The translations under genes were made by a program, and so were the position numbers. Shown here piece by piece: positions 9,627 through 19,227 of a stretch of DNA of 64,000 bases (positions are counted from its first letter, which is position 1; each line of letters begins with the position of its first letter). This DNA comes from Candidatus Limnocylindrus sp. (GTDB taxonomy: Bacteria > Chloroflexota > Limnocylindria > Limnocylindrales > Limnocylindraceae): contig JBBAWM010000003.1 in assembly GCA_040397175.1 (NCBI GenBank), positions 64,001 through 128,000 of the forward strand. The letters run 5' to 3'. The notes below the pieces were generated by a model. It had not been told where the DNA came from. It saw only the letters and a list, made by a program, of their open reading frames with translations, and searched no databases.

Positions 9627-10616
9627 ATGATCCGTGCTCAACGACCTCGGAATTTGCTGTGTGTAGGGCCTCTCCTCGCACTCATCCTGGTGACGTCAGC
9701 CCTTGGCGCCGCCCTGCCGGGGGGTGGGGTTGTAGCGGCGGGAGTTGCGCCACAAGCAGTTGAGGTGCCTTCGATCACCCCCTGCTCTGAGATTATCAAG
9801 CGCAAGATCGTCATCACACGCACGTCGATCGGCATCCAGGGTGCGGTCACCACAAAGAACTTTCGTACCAACCAGTGGGCGACCTCGCTGCTTGATCCCA
9901 TGTACCGGCTCTCCTCGAGCTACAAGCCGAGCAACCTTGTCGCAATCACCTGGCGTGGTCTGATCAGCCCGAAGGGCGGATACCTGCTGAAGCGCGAGGC
10001 GGCCGATGCACTGAGCGCGATGTTCGCCGAAGCAAAGCTGGGTCGGGTTTCCCTAACGATTCTCTCCGCGTATCGATCGTATTCAACGCAGGTTGCAACC
10101 TTTGCAAAGTGGGTTGCCAAGGCTGGGCTACAAGAGGCGCGCAAGTATGGTGCGGTCCCAGGACACTCGGAGCACCAGCTCGGCACCACCGTTGACCTTG
10201 GAAGCGCAACTGGCGTCTCGTGGAGCGACCCCAAATTCCCAACCTCCACAACCGCGCGCTGGCTTGAGCAGAACGCGTACCGGTTCGGTTTCGTTCGCTC
10301 GTATCCGGCAGGCGCGGCACAGATTGCCCTCAGTTGCTACGGCGCGGAGGCGTGGCACTGGCGCTACGTTGGAAAGAGCCTTGCGTACGAGATCGTGTGT
10401 AGTGCGCAGGTTCCGCGCATCTTCTTGTGGAACCGTCAAAACGATGGCGAACGAATTATTGATCTCACATGCGGCTCACTCACACCGCCAGATGGGTATG
10501 TGCTGCCGAGCCCGAGCATTACGCCGCCAGCGAGTGAGTCGCCAAGTGACGCACCATCGGTGCCACCCGAAGGGCCAACCGCCCCTCCTACTGGGCCGGT
10601 AGTGACTCCGCCATAG
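9627..10616 (+). CDS. M15B D-Ala-D-Ala carboxypeptidase (VanY/DacB-like), secreted
   Basis: SAYRS, SEHQLGTTVD and EAWHWRYVG motifs; signal peptide; Pro-rich tail. Confidence 0.88.
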   Translation: MIRAQRPRNLLCVGPLLALILVTSALGAALPGGGVVAAGVAPQAVEVPSITPCSEIIKRKIVITRTSIGIQGAVTTKNFRTNQWATSLLDPMYRLSSSYKPSNLVAITWRGLISPKGGYLLKREAADALSAMFAEAKLGRVSLTILSAYRSYSTQVATFAKWVAKAGLQEARKYGAVPGHSEHQLGTTVDLGSATGVSWSDPKFPTSTTARWLEQNAYRFGFVRSYPAGAAQIALSCYGAEAWHWRYVGKSLAYEIVCSAQVPRIFLWNRQNDGERIIDLTCGSLTPPDGYVLPSPSITPPASESPSDAPSVPPEGPTAPPTGPVVTPP

Positions 10617-11346
10617 TTTGCTCGCCCCTTCGGTACACGAGAGCAGCAATCACGACCGCTCCGAGCAGTACCGGTGTCGTTACCGCAGGGAAGAGCGTGC
10701 GCACTACCGCAACCGGAAGGTGAATCGCCACTGGAAGGAATAGGCCGCGACCTATGGTGCGCGCGCCACCCCCGCGCACCACAGCGCGAAGGGTGATTGC
10801 AGTCAGCAGCGCGTGGAGCCCAAGAATGAGCGCCCCCTGCAGAATCGATACCAGTACAAACGCAGATGTTTGGTTCGTAAAGAAGATTGCGACGGCGTGA
10901 ACCTTATCAATAACCTCGCTACTCTGCCCAACGAAGATGCTCCCATCGCTGATCTTGTCGAGGATGATGACGGCTGAAAGTGTTGGGATCAGCGAGCTCG
11001 TAAGCAGGTCGATGGCGCCGTGTCCGAATCCGAACGCCGTGCTCGGCCGTTCACCGCGAACGCGACGGGCGGCGGTAGCGAGGATCAGTGCGCGGCTCAC
11101 CTCTTGAAGTGGGGCGCCGGCAAACGCGGCGACGAGCGGGCCGAACAGGAAGAGCGTGACAACCTGCGCTGTTTGGCTTAAGACGAACGAGATGCTACCG
11201 AATGCCCACCCGCTCAGGGATCGCGCCCAGGTAGCGGCGGCGATCGCGCTCCCAACGATCAGAGCGCCAATGCCAAGGAGGGCAAACGTAAAGAGTGACG
11301 ACGCTGCGGAGAGCGCCTCAGGTGATGGCAGGTCGACCGTAGTCAC
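10588..11346 (-). CDS. YhfC/PrsW-like intramembrane glutamic protease family protein (degenerate motifs)
   Basis: Multi-TM; PLQEVSR, FGFGHGAID, GLHALLT and AIH motifs. Confidence 0.6.
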   Translation of the reverse strand: MTTVDLPSPEALSAASSLFTFALLGIGALIVGSAIAAATWARSLSGWAFGSISFVLSQTAQVVTLFLFGPLVAAFAGAPLQEVSRALILATAARRVRGERPSTAFGFGHGAIDLLTSSLIPTLSAVIILDKISDGSIFVGQSSEVIDKVHAVAIFFTNQTSAFVLVSILQGALILGLHALLTAITLRAVVRGGGARTIGRGLFLPVAIHLPVAVVRTLFPAVTTPVLLGAVVIAALVYRRGEQTMAESLPAQ

Positions 11347-12020
11347 CGACGAGAGATGGTGCGCGACGATCTCTGGCCGCGACTCCAGACGCGGTAGGCG
11401 ACAAAGAGTGTGCCCGCGATGCTGAGCGCCAGGCCGATCAAGAGGGTGAGGATTGCCGCCTCACTGAGCGCCAGGAGTCCGAGGAGTGCCGTGACGGCGC
11501 CGACCAGAATCCAAATTCCGCCAATGAAGCGATGCGATGCATCCCAGGCAGCTTCGCTCTCGAGCGTCCAGGGGAGACGTACGCCGATCGTGTAGTTCTG
11601 GCGGATGTTCGGCAAGGCGTATCCAAGGATGGCGAACAGCGTGCCAGCAACAATCGGTACCGCTCGGTCGAGCCGTGCCGCCTCGCCGAAACCAGAGTTA
11701 ATGATTGCCGACTGCACCACGGCAACCAGTAGCGAGAGGGCAACGACGACGATCCCAAGCGCCTCAGCGCTACGGGCGATGTTCGCGCGCTTCGGGTCAA
11801 AGCGCACCGCGAGCCAGAGCAGCCCGCCCACCAGCGCCGTAGTGATGGGAACGATCAGGAGCGCCTCCCGTCCAGCGAAGCCATCAGCGATGCCGTTGAT
11901 GTTCCAGTGGATCGCCAAGACGGCGTCGGCTGGAAGTGTTTGGAAGGCCGTAAGGGTGAAGAAGGCGGTCGCCGCCAGCGCGACCGTGCTGACCGCTCGA
12001 GGGTAGGGGTTCAGTTCCAT
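11343..12020 (-). CDS. SdpI family membrane protein (DUF1648+SdpI)
   Basis: IHWNINGIADG and NYTIGVRLPWTLESEAAWDASHR motifs. Confidence 0.88.
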   Translation of the reverse strand: MELNPYPRAVSTVALAATAFFTLTAFQTLPADAVLAIHWNINGIADGFAGREALLIVPITTALVGGLLWLAVRFDPKRANIARSAEALGIVVVALSLLVAVVQSAIINSGFGEAARLDRAVPIVAGTLFAILGYALPNIRQNYTIGVRLPWTLESEAAWDASHRFIGGIWILVGAVTALLGLLALSEAAILTLLIGLALSIAGTLFVAYRVWSRGQRSSRTISRR

Positions 12021-12029
12021 CCGTTGACT

Positions 12030-13454
12030 CTAGAGCCCTTTCACTTCGGTGACGACCTGGGAGAGCACACTCTTGGCATCGCCGAAGAGCATCGAGGTCT
12101 TGTCGAGGTAGAAGAGTTCGTTCTCAATGCCCGCGAAGCCGGTCGCCATGCCGCGCTTGACCACGATGACCTGCTCGGCATCCTGCACGTTGAGGATCGG
12201 CATGCCGTAGATCGGTGAGCCTGGGTCGTTCTTGGCGGCAGGGTTCGTTACGTCGTTGGCGCCGAGCACCAACGCAACGTCGCAGGCGTGGAACTCTTCG
12301 TTGATCTCTTCGAGGTCGAAGAGGTGGTCGTACGGCACGTTTGCCTCGGCGAGCAGCACGTTCATGTGGCCCGGCATGCGCCCAGCAACCGGATGGATGG
12401 CGAAGCGCACGCGGCCGCCGCGCTTCTCGATCAGCTCGGCAAGCTCACGAACGGCGTGTTGCGCCTGCGCCACCGCCATGCCGTAGCCCGGCACGATGAT
12501 CACGTTGCGCGCGTAGCCGATGCGCATTGCCGCATCCTCCGCGGTGATGCTGCGGGTCGTCAGGCCCTCAGCGCTCTTGGCAGAGACGGCCGCCTTCTCG
12601 CCGCCGAACGCCCCAAACAACACATTGGCAAATGAGCGATTCATGGCCTTCGACATAAGGATCGAAAGGATGAAGCCACTGGCGCCGTCGAGGGCGCCAG
12701 CCACGATCAAGATGTTGTTGCCAATTGCGAATCCCGTGGCGCTCGCAGCAAGTCCTGCATAGGAGTTGAGCAGCGAGACAACTACCGGCATGTCAGCACC
12801 GCCAATCGGCAGCACCAGGGTGACGCCGATGATCAGTGCGAGCACCGTCATCACGGCGAACATGATGACCCCCGCGTCTCCCGTCGATCCACCCGACTGG
12901 GTCAGGACCAGCGTCACATAGAGCCCGACGGCGCCCAAGAAGACGGCGGCGTTGATCAGCTTCTGCCCCGGGAAGGTGACTGGTCGGCCAGTGACGAAGC
13001 CCTGCAACTTGCCGAATGCCATGAAAGAGCCGGTGATGGTGAGCGCGCCGAAGAGCGTCTCGAAGCCGAGGGCGATCATCTTCACCACGCCAGGGCCGCC
13101 CGAGATGTCGCGGTAGTGCAGGAACTCGGCGATGCCGACGAGGGTCACCGCAAGTGCGCCGAACATGTGGCTAATCGCGATGCGTTGCGGCATGGCGGTC
13201 ATTGGCACGAGCAGGCCCATCGGTAAGCCGATCGCGCTACCAACGACGAGGCCGACGATGATGAACTGGTAGGTAACGATCTCATGGTTGAGCAGGGTGC
13301 CGATGATGGCAAGCAGCATGCCCACCGCAGCAAGCTGCATGCCGCGGCGCGCAGTATCGGGCTTCGTTAGGCCACGCAAGCCGAGAATGAATGCCGCGGA
13401 TGCGCCGATGTAGGCGATCTGCACGAAGAATGCGCCGATCTGCTGGTCGATCAC
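12030..13454 (-). CDS. pntB: NAD(P) transhydrogenase beta subunit
   Basis: GGADMPVVVSLLNSY, PGYGMAVAQAQH and HPVAGRMPGHMNVLLAEA motifs. Confidence 0.97.
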   Translation of the reverse strand: MIDQQIGAFFVQIAYIGASAAFILGLRGLTKPDTARRGMQLAAVGMLLAIIGTLLNHEIVTYQFIIVGLVVGSAIGLPMGLLVPMTAMPQRIAISHMFGALAVTLVGIAEFLHYRDISGGPGVVKMIALGFETLFGALTITGSFMAFGKLQGFVTGRPVTFPGQKLINAAVFLGAVGLYVTLVLTQSGGSTGDAGVIMFAVMTVLALIIGVTLVLPIGGADMPVVVSLLNSYAGLAASATGFAIGNNILIVAGALDGASGFILSILMSKAMNRSFANVLFGAFGGEKAAVSAKSAEGLTTRSITAEDAAMRIGYARNVIIVPGYGMAVAQAQHAVRELAELIEKRGGRVRFAIHPVAGRMPGHMNVLLAEANVPYDHLFDLEEINEEFHACDVALVLGANDVTNPAAKNDPGSPIYGMPILNVQDAEQVIVVKRGMATGFAGIENELFYLDKTSMLFGDAKSVLSQVVTEVKGL

Positions 13455-13834
13455 TTCGGCGCCTCCGTCTTCTTGAACATCTTCAACATGCGGTCGGTGA
13501 TCACGAAGCCGCCGACGACGTTGATCGTTGCGGCGGCAACGGCGACCATCCCCATGATGTTGATGAAGAGGGGCCGCTCAGCACCAGCGATCACGATGCT
13601 GGCAACGAGGCTGATCGCCGAGATGGCATTCGTTGCCGCCATCAACGGGGTGTGCAAGAGCGGTGGCACCTTGGTGATGATCTGGAAACCGGTGAACGCG
13701 GCGAGCAGGAAGACGTAGATCTCGACGATCTGGCCGTCGACGAGCGTTGCTGCTGTGGCCGTAGCGGCGCCGTCGGAGGTTGTCGCAGCGATGAACGCGG
13801 CGGCGGCACCGAGGGCGGTCAAGAGCGCCGTCAT
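13451..13834 (-). CDS. pntA2: NAD(P) transhydrogenase alpha subunit, membrane part
   Basis: VPPLLHTPLMAATNAIS and NVVGGFVITDRML motifs. Confidence 0.93.
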   Translation of the reverse strand: MTALLTALGAAAAFIAATTSDGAATATAATLVDGQIVEIYVFLLAAFTGFQIITKVPPLLHTPLMAATNAISAISLVASIVIAGAERPLFINIMGMVAVAAATINVVGGFVITDRMLKMFKKTEAPK

Positions 13835-14943
13835 GATGCCTTCACTGGCACAGCGCCGTTATGCACCACCAGCATTGGGCCGGTGATCTCGTCGGCGGCA
13901 TTCACGGTCAGCGCGCCGTTCTCGCCGCTCAGGTGCGTCAAGAGTGTGCGCACGTTGGTGGAGAACATCTGGCTGGCATGCAGTGGAACCGACGCAGCGA
14001 TGTTTGCCACGCCGATGAGTTGCACACCGTGGCGCACCACCGTCTCTCCCGCAACAGAGCCCTCGACGTTGCCGCCCGACTCAGCGGCAAGGTCAAGCAC
14101 AACAGATCCTGGTCGCATCGTCGCAAGCATTGCATCAGTAACTAGAACCGGCGCCTTGCGCCCCGGGATCAGCGCCGTCGTGAGCACCAGGTCCTGGCTC
14201 TTGATGTGGTCGGCGATGATCGCGGCGTTCTGGGCGGCCTCGTCCTCGGTCTGCGCACGGGCGTAGCCGCCCGTCCCCTCCGCCTTTGCCGCGGGCTCGA
14301 CGAACTGTGCGCCGAGCGAGCGCACCTGCTCACCGGCGGCGGATCGCACGTCGAAGGCGCTCACGACCGCGCCGAGGCGGCGTGCCGTAGCAATGGCCTG
14401 CAGGCCAGCAACACCGGCGCCCAACACAAAGGCCTTGGCAGGGGCGATGCTGCCGGCTGCCGTGGTCAACATGGGCAGGAACTTGTCGAGCGCACTCGCT
14501 CCAACGAGTACCGCCTTATAGCCAGCGACGCCGCTCTGCGACGAGAGCACGTCCATCGACTGCGCGCGACTGATGCGTGGCACGAGCTCGAGCGCGAGGG
14601 CGGTGAGGCCGCGCTCCTTGAGTGCTGGGAGCAGGTCGTCGTTGGAGCCGGGGGTCAAGAGGGCAACAAGGGTGGAGCCCTTCGGTAGTAGTGCCGCCTC
14701 GGCGCTGCTCGGCTTGCGCACCTTCACGACCATCTCGGGGTTGCCACCACACAGTGCAGTGGCATCGGCGGCAAGTGTTGCGCCCGCCTTCTCGTAGGTG
14801 GTGTCGAGGAATCCGGCAGCCTCACCAGCACCGCGCTGCACGACGACCTGGTGGCCAGCTGCCACAAGCTTGGCGACGGCGTCAGGTACGAGGGCAACGC
14901 GTCGCTCGCCCGTAACGGTTTCGCGCAAGACGCCGATTCGCAT
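13831..14943 (-). CDS. pntA1: NAD(P) transhydrogenase alpha subunit, soluble dI part
   Basis: ERRVALVP, RISRAQSMDVLSSQ and GAGVAGLQAIATA motifs; start revised to ATG at 14943 with GGGGGAG RBS. Confidence 0.95.
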   Translation of the reverse strand: MRIGVLRETVTGERRVALVPDAVAKLVAAGHQVVVQRGAGEAAGFLDTTYEKAGATLAADATALCGGNPEMVVKVRKPSSAEAALLPKGSTLVALLTPGSNDDLLPALKERGLTALALELVPRISRAQSMDVLSSQSGVAGYKAVLVGASALDKFLPMLTTAAGSIAPAKAFVLGAGVAGLQAIATARRLGAVVSAFDVRSAAGEQVRSLGAQFVEPAAKAEGTGGYARAQTEDEAAQNAAIIADHIKSQDLVLTTALIPGRKAPVLVTDAMLATMRPGSVVLDLAAESGGNVEGSVAGETVVRHGVQLIGVANIAASVPLHASQMFSTNVRTLLTHLSGENGALTVNAADEITGPMLVVHNGAVPVKAS

Positions 14944-14968
14944 AACTCCCCCTTTCGCTCTCGGTAGT

Positions 14969-16705
14969 TTAGGCGGGAACGTAGGTACGGTAGGTCGGGC
15001 TCCACATCGCCCCATCCACAAGGTCGGCTGCGCGTGCCCCGTCGACGGCCGACGCCCAGCCTGCCAACGCGCCCGCCTCGATAACCGCGATGGCAATGGC
15101 GCGACTAATAGAGCGCAGGTCGGCAAGGGGTGGATAAAGCGCTCTACCAACAGGGGCGCTCTGCGCCGTCAGCGCTGCCAGCGTCGTCGCCGCCACGATG
15201 AACGCCTCGTCTGGAATGGCTTTCAGCCTCCCAGCAATCGCGGCCAAGCCGACACCCGGGAAGATATATACGTTGTTCGCCTGGCTGATCGTTCGAGCTG
15301 TGCCGTTCACCGTGACTGGATCAAATGGTGAGCCGGTTGCAACCACGGCGCGACCATCGCTCCAGGCGAAGATGTCGCTCGGCGTCGCCTCGGCACAGGA
15401 GGTTGGATTTGAGAGCGGCCAGATTAGCGGCGCCGCTGCCGCAGCCGCCAGTGCACGAATCGCCGATTCGGTAAACGCTCCAGCTTGACCGCTCGTGCCG
15501 ATCAGGATCGTTGGTTTTACCTGGCTGATCACGTCGGTGAGCGATCCTTCTAGTAAGTTCCCAACGCCAAGCGCTGCAACCGCAGCGTTGGAAATTGCGA
15601 GCTCACTCTTTCCGTCGCCCAGCTCGGCACGCCCTTCGTGAACGATCCCCTTGGAGTCGAGTGCGACGATCGCTGCATCGAGCGCGCTCCCCTCAACGCC
15701 GGCCGCGGCAAGCGCGTGTCGCAAGAGTCGCGCGATACCGAGCGTTGCGGCACCGGCGCCATAGAAGAGGATGCGTTGATCGTTCAGCGTGCCGCTCCCC
15801 GATCCACCTCCAGCCACGACTGCCGCAATGATGCCGGCGAGCGCGACGGCGCCCGTTCCCTGTACGTCGTCGTTGAATGATGGAACGGTATTGCGATAGC
15901 GCTCGAGGATTCGAATCGCGTTCTGCTGCTTAAAGTCTTCCCACTGGATGACGCAGCCAGGGAAGGCAGTCTGCACGCCACGAACGAATGCCTCGATGAA
16001 GGCGTCGTACTCCGCTCCGCGCAGTCGCGGCGTTCGGCGACCGAGGTAGTTTGGGTCGGCAAGGAGTTCGCCGTTATCGGTGCCAACGTCGAGCGAAACG
16101 GGGAGCGCCCAGGTTGGTTGGATTCCCGCAGCAGCGGTGTAGAGCGAGAGTTTGCCAATCGGAATCCCCATGCCGCCGACACCGAGGTCTCCAAGACCAA
16201 GGATGCGCTCATTATCGGTGACGACAATCAGGCGAATCTCCGCGCCGCCAGAGGCGTTGCGCAGCAGCTCAGGAATGCGCGCTGAATCTTCGGGGGTGAT
16301 CCACGCGCCACGCGCACGACGCCAAATTTGGCTCCACCGCTTGCACGCCTCTCCGACGGTCGGCGTGTAGACGATCGGCAGAAACTCTTCGACGTTCTCG
16401 ACGAGGAGGCGATAGAAGAGCGTCTCGTTGCGATCTTGGAGCGCGGCGAGTCCGATATAGCGCTCGAGCGGATCCTGCTTGCGGCGAATCTTGACCAGCT
16501 CCACGGCGACCTGCTCCTCGAGCGTGAGGATCGAGGCAGGGAGGAGCCCGTCGAGGCCGAGGAGGCGTCGCTCCTCACGGCTGAAGGCGGTGTCTTTATT
16601 CAGGGTGGGGCGGCTCAGCAGCGCCTTGCCACGCTCCTTCACCGCAAGGGTGGCGGCGGAGGTTAGGTTGCCGTTGACGACCTGGGGGGCGCTTGGCGTG
16701 CTCAT
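14969..16705 (-). CDS. maeA: NAD-dependent malic enzyme (SfcA/MaeA type)
   Basis: NKDTAF, PIVYTPTVGEAC, QWEDF, FNDDVQGTG and LSNPT motifs. Confidence 0.93.
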   Translation of the reverse strand: MSTPSAPQVVNGNLTSAATLAVKERGKALLSRPTLNKDTAFSREERRLLGLDGLLPASILTLEEQVAVELVKIRRKQDPLERYIGLAALQDRNETLFYRLLVENVEEFLPIVYTPTVGEACKRWSQIWRRARGAWITPEDSARIPELLRNASGGAEIRLIVVTDNERILGLGDLGVGGMGIPIGKLSLYTAAAGIQPTWALPVSLDVGTDNGELLADPNYLGRRTPRLRGAEYDAFIEAFVRGVQTAFPGCVIQWEDFKQQNAIRILERYRNTVPSFNDDVQGTGAVALAGIIAAVVAGGGSGSGTLNDQRILFYGAGAATLGIARLLRHALAAAGVEGSALDAAIVALDSKGIVHEGRAELGDGKSELAISNAAVAALGVGNLLEGSLTDVISQVKPTILIGTSGQAGAFTESAIRALAAAAAAPLIWPLSNPTSCAEATPSDIFAWSDGRAVVATGSPFDPVTVNGTARTISQANNVYIFPGVGLAAIAGRLKAIPDEAFIVAATTLAALTAQSAPVGRALYPPLADLRSISRAIAIAVIEAGALAGWASAVDGARAADLVDGAMWSPTYRTYVPA

Positions 16706-16747
16706 GTGAGGCGAAGGATAGCCCCGTCAGGGGTGTAGCATCGGAGC

Positions 16748-17476
16748 ATGGCAGCCACGATCCTTGTTGTTGAAGACGATCCAGCCGTCGCGCTCGCCCT
16801 TGAGGTGGCGCTGAAGGGCGAGGGCTACCTTCCACTCATGGCCGCGACCGGCGACAAGGGCCTCGAAGTAGGCATGAAGCAGGCTCCCGACCTTCTCATC
16901 CTCGACGTGCGCCTCCCTGGGATCGACGGCTTTGAACTGCTCCGCCGACTGCGCGCTGGCGGGTCGAAGGCCCCCGTCATCATCCTGACCGCCCGCGACG
17001 AGGAGGTCGACACGATCCTTGGCCTTGAGCTGGGCGCCGACGACTACATGACGAAGCCCTTCCGAGTTCGTGAGCTGCTCACCCGGGTGAAGTCGCAGCT
17101 GCGCCGCGCCTATGGCGACCTCGCCGATGCGATGGGCGGGCGCGTCATCCGCGCAGAGGACCTTGTCATTGACCTTGAGCGCCGAAAGGTCACACGTGGC
17201 GGCGCGCGCATCACCCTCACCCCAACAGAGTTTGAGATCCTGCGCATCCTCGCCGAAAAGCCGGGACGCGTCTTCGGTCGGCGTGACCTGCTTGAACGCG
17301 TACGTGATTACGACGCGGCGATCGCGGGTGACGAGAAGACCATCAACGTGCACGTCAGCCACCTGCGCGACAAGGTCGAGCCGAACCCAGCGAAACCTCG
17401 CTTTGTCATGACGGTGCGCGGCGTTGGGTATAGCTTCTCTGACCGCAGTGATCGTGGTGAACGGAGTGGCGCCTGA
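16748..17476 (+). CDS. OmpR/PhoB-family response regulator
   Basis: REC domain (VEDD, LDV, KPF) plus winged-helix (TVRGVGY). Confidence 0.95.
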   Translation: MAATILVVEDDPAVALALEVALKGEGYLPLMAATGDKGLEVGMKQAPDLLILDVRLPGIDGFELLRRLRAGGSKAPVIILTARDEEVDTILGLELGADDYMTKPFRVRELLTRVKSQLRRAYGDLADAMGGRVIRAEDLVIDLERRKVTRGGARITLTPTEFEILRILAEKPGRVFGRRDLLERVRDYDAAIAGDEKTINVHVSHLRDKVEPNPAKPRFVMTVRGVGYSFSDRSDRGERSGA

Positions 17477-19227
17477 GCCCGCTCACTGACTCCCTTTATG
17501 GCGTACCGCCTCGAGGGCTGCGCGCACGACTCACCATCGCCTTCCTCGGCATCGTTGCGATTGCCCTCGCACTGTCTGGGTACCTTGTTGTCGACCGCGT
17601 CTCACACGAGTTTGAGACACAGGAGCGCGCAGCCCAGGCGGCCCGAACATCAGCAGTAGCTAGCGCTGTTCGTAGCCTTGCCCAGAGCGTATCGGGGACC
17701 AGGAGAATCATCGATAGCAGTGGGCGACTCAACGCCAAGGTTCACGAGCGATTCCTCTTGCAAGATCCCGAGCTCCAGCAGCTTGCGCTCGGCATTGCTC
17801 GTGCCGATGTGCGCGTTCGCTTTGGGACATGGGATCCAGACAAGGAGCACTTCTCTCCTGCCGCCAACGCAGAGTTCCTGATTAGCTCAGATGGCGCGGT
17901 GCTTGAGCCCGGTGAGGCTCGTGACACGATCGCACTTGAGCCCGATGTGGCTCTCATTGGTGGTGCCCCATCATCTATTGGTATTGAAGTGACACTGATC
18001 TCACCGCTCACGACACGCGCGTGGCGCGTAGCTGGCATTACGGGAACGATTATCTTTGTCGGCATCCTTGCCATGATCGTGGCCATCATCATCTCTGCGA
18101 TCGCTGCGGCTCGATTTGCAAAGCCTGTACAGCTCCTCTCTGATACGGCCACGGCCATCAGCGATGGTGATCTCTCTGCGCGTGTCCCGACTGGCATTGA
18201 GGTGGCAGCAAACGATGAGATGGTCGCACTACTGGAACAATTCAATCTCATGGCCGACCGACTGCAGGGATCCATGCAAGCGCTACGCCGAGAACGTGAT
18301 CGCGGGCAAGAGCACCTCGCGGATGTCTCTCATGAGCTGCGCACACCGCTCGCCGCCCTGCGCGCATTCGTTGATCTGTTGCAAGATCCAACTACCGAAG
18401 AGGCCACGAGAAAGAGGCTTTTCGTCGAGGCGGGGCGTCAGCTGGAGCGAATGGACTCGCTGACGTCAAACATCTTGGAGCTCTCACGATTCGACGCAGG
18501 GATTGCACGACCGGTGTTCCTCGTCTCCGACGTGCGCTCTAGCGTGCGCGCAGCGGTAGAGCAGGCGGCTGCAGGTGCACGTCGAGCAGGCGTGGCGGTA
18601 GACGAGCGTATGCCGACGCGCAAGGTGCTGGTGCGACATGATGCCGTGCTCGTCGGACAAGCGGTTGCGAACCTGGTCGCCAATGCGTTGAAGTTCACTG
18701 CACGTGGTGGGAGCGTTCTCGTCTCAGTGCAGCTTCTCTCGACTGGAGCGGCGACAGTGACGGTCCGCGACACGGGGGTCGGCATCTCATCAGACGAGCT
18801 GCCGCGCATCTTCGATCGTTTCTACCGCGGTACCGAAGGGCTCGCTGCGGCGAATCGGGCCGCCCGGGCCACGGGCTCTGGCCTTGGGCTCGCGATCGTC
18901 AAGTCGATCGTGGACATGCACGCAGGTCGCATCGTGGTCGAAAGCCTCCCCGGCGAAGGGACCAGCTTCGCCCTGACCTTCCCCGCCGACCCCGAGGCAA
19001 TCGGTGACGAGGTTCTAGAGCCCGCCGCAACGCCAGCCGGCCCAGCCACGCTCGTCAGCTTCGGCCGACGCGCCGCCACCCTCCTCGGCGAGGTTGCGAA
19101 AACTTCACTCCGCCTTCGCCGCGTTCTACGCGCAGATCCCCCATCCTCTACGGTGAGTGAGTCGCCCGCCTCATTGAGCGTGGCACAAGTGAGCGCCGAA
19201 GTTCCAAAGGAGACCCCAGGTGATTGA
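17473..19227 (+). CDS. HAMP-domain sensor histidine kinase (probable CTG start)
   Basis: SHELRTPL, NALKFT, DTGVG and GSGLGL boxes; frame open from 17461 and includes TM1 (LTIAFLGIVAIALAL); best upstream start candidate is CTG at 17473 with GGAG RBS. Confidence 0.88.
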   Translation: MSPLTDSLYGVPPRGLRARLTIAFLGIVAIALALSGYLVVDRVSHEFETQERAAQAARTSAVASAVRSLAQSVSGTRRIIDSSGRLNAKVHERFLLQDPELQQLALGIARADVRVRFGTWDPDKEHFSPAANAEFLISSDGAVLEPGEARDTIALEPDVALIGGAPSSIGIEVTLISPLTTRAWRVAGITGTIIFVGILAMIVAIIISAIAAARFAKPVQLLSDTATAISDGDLSARVPTGIEVAANDEMVALLEQFNLMADRLQGSMQALRRERDRGQEHLADVSHELRTPLAALRAFVDLLQDPTTEEATRKRLFVEAGRQLERMDSLTSNILELSRFDAGIARPVFLVSDVRSSVRAAVEQAAAGARRAGVAVDERMPTRKVLVRHDAVLVGQAVANLVANALKFTARGGSVLVSVQLLSTGAATVTVRDTGVGISSDELPRIFDRFYRGTEGLAAANRAARATGSGLGLAIVKSIVDMHAGRIVVESLPGEGTSFALTFPADPEAIGDEVLEPAATPAGPATLVSFGRRAATLLGEVAKTSLRLRRVLRADPPSSTVSESPASLSVAQVSAEVPKETPGD

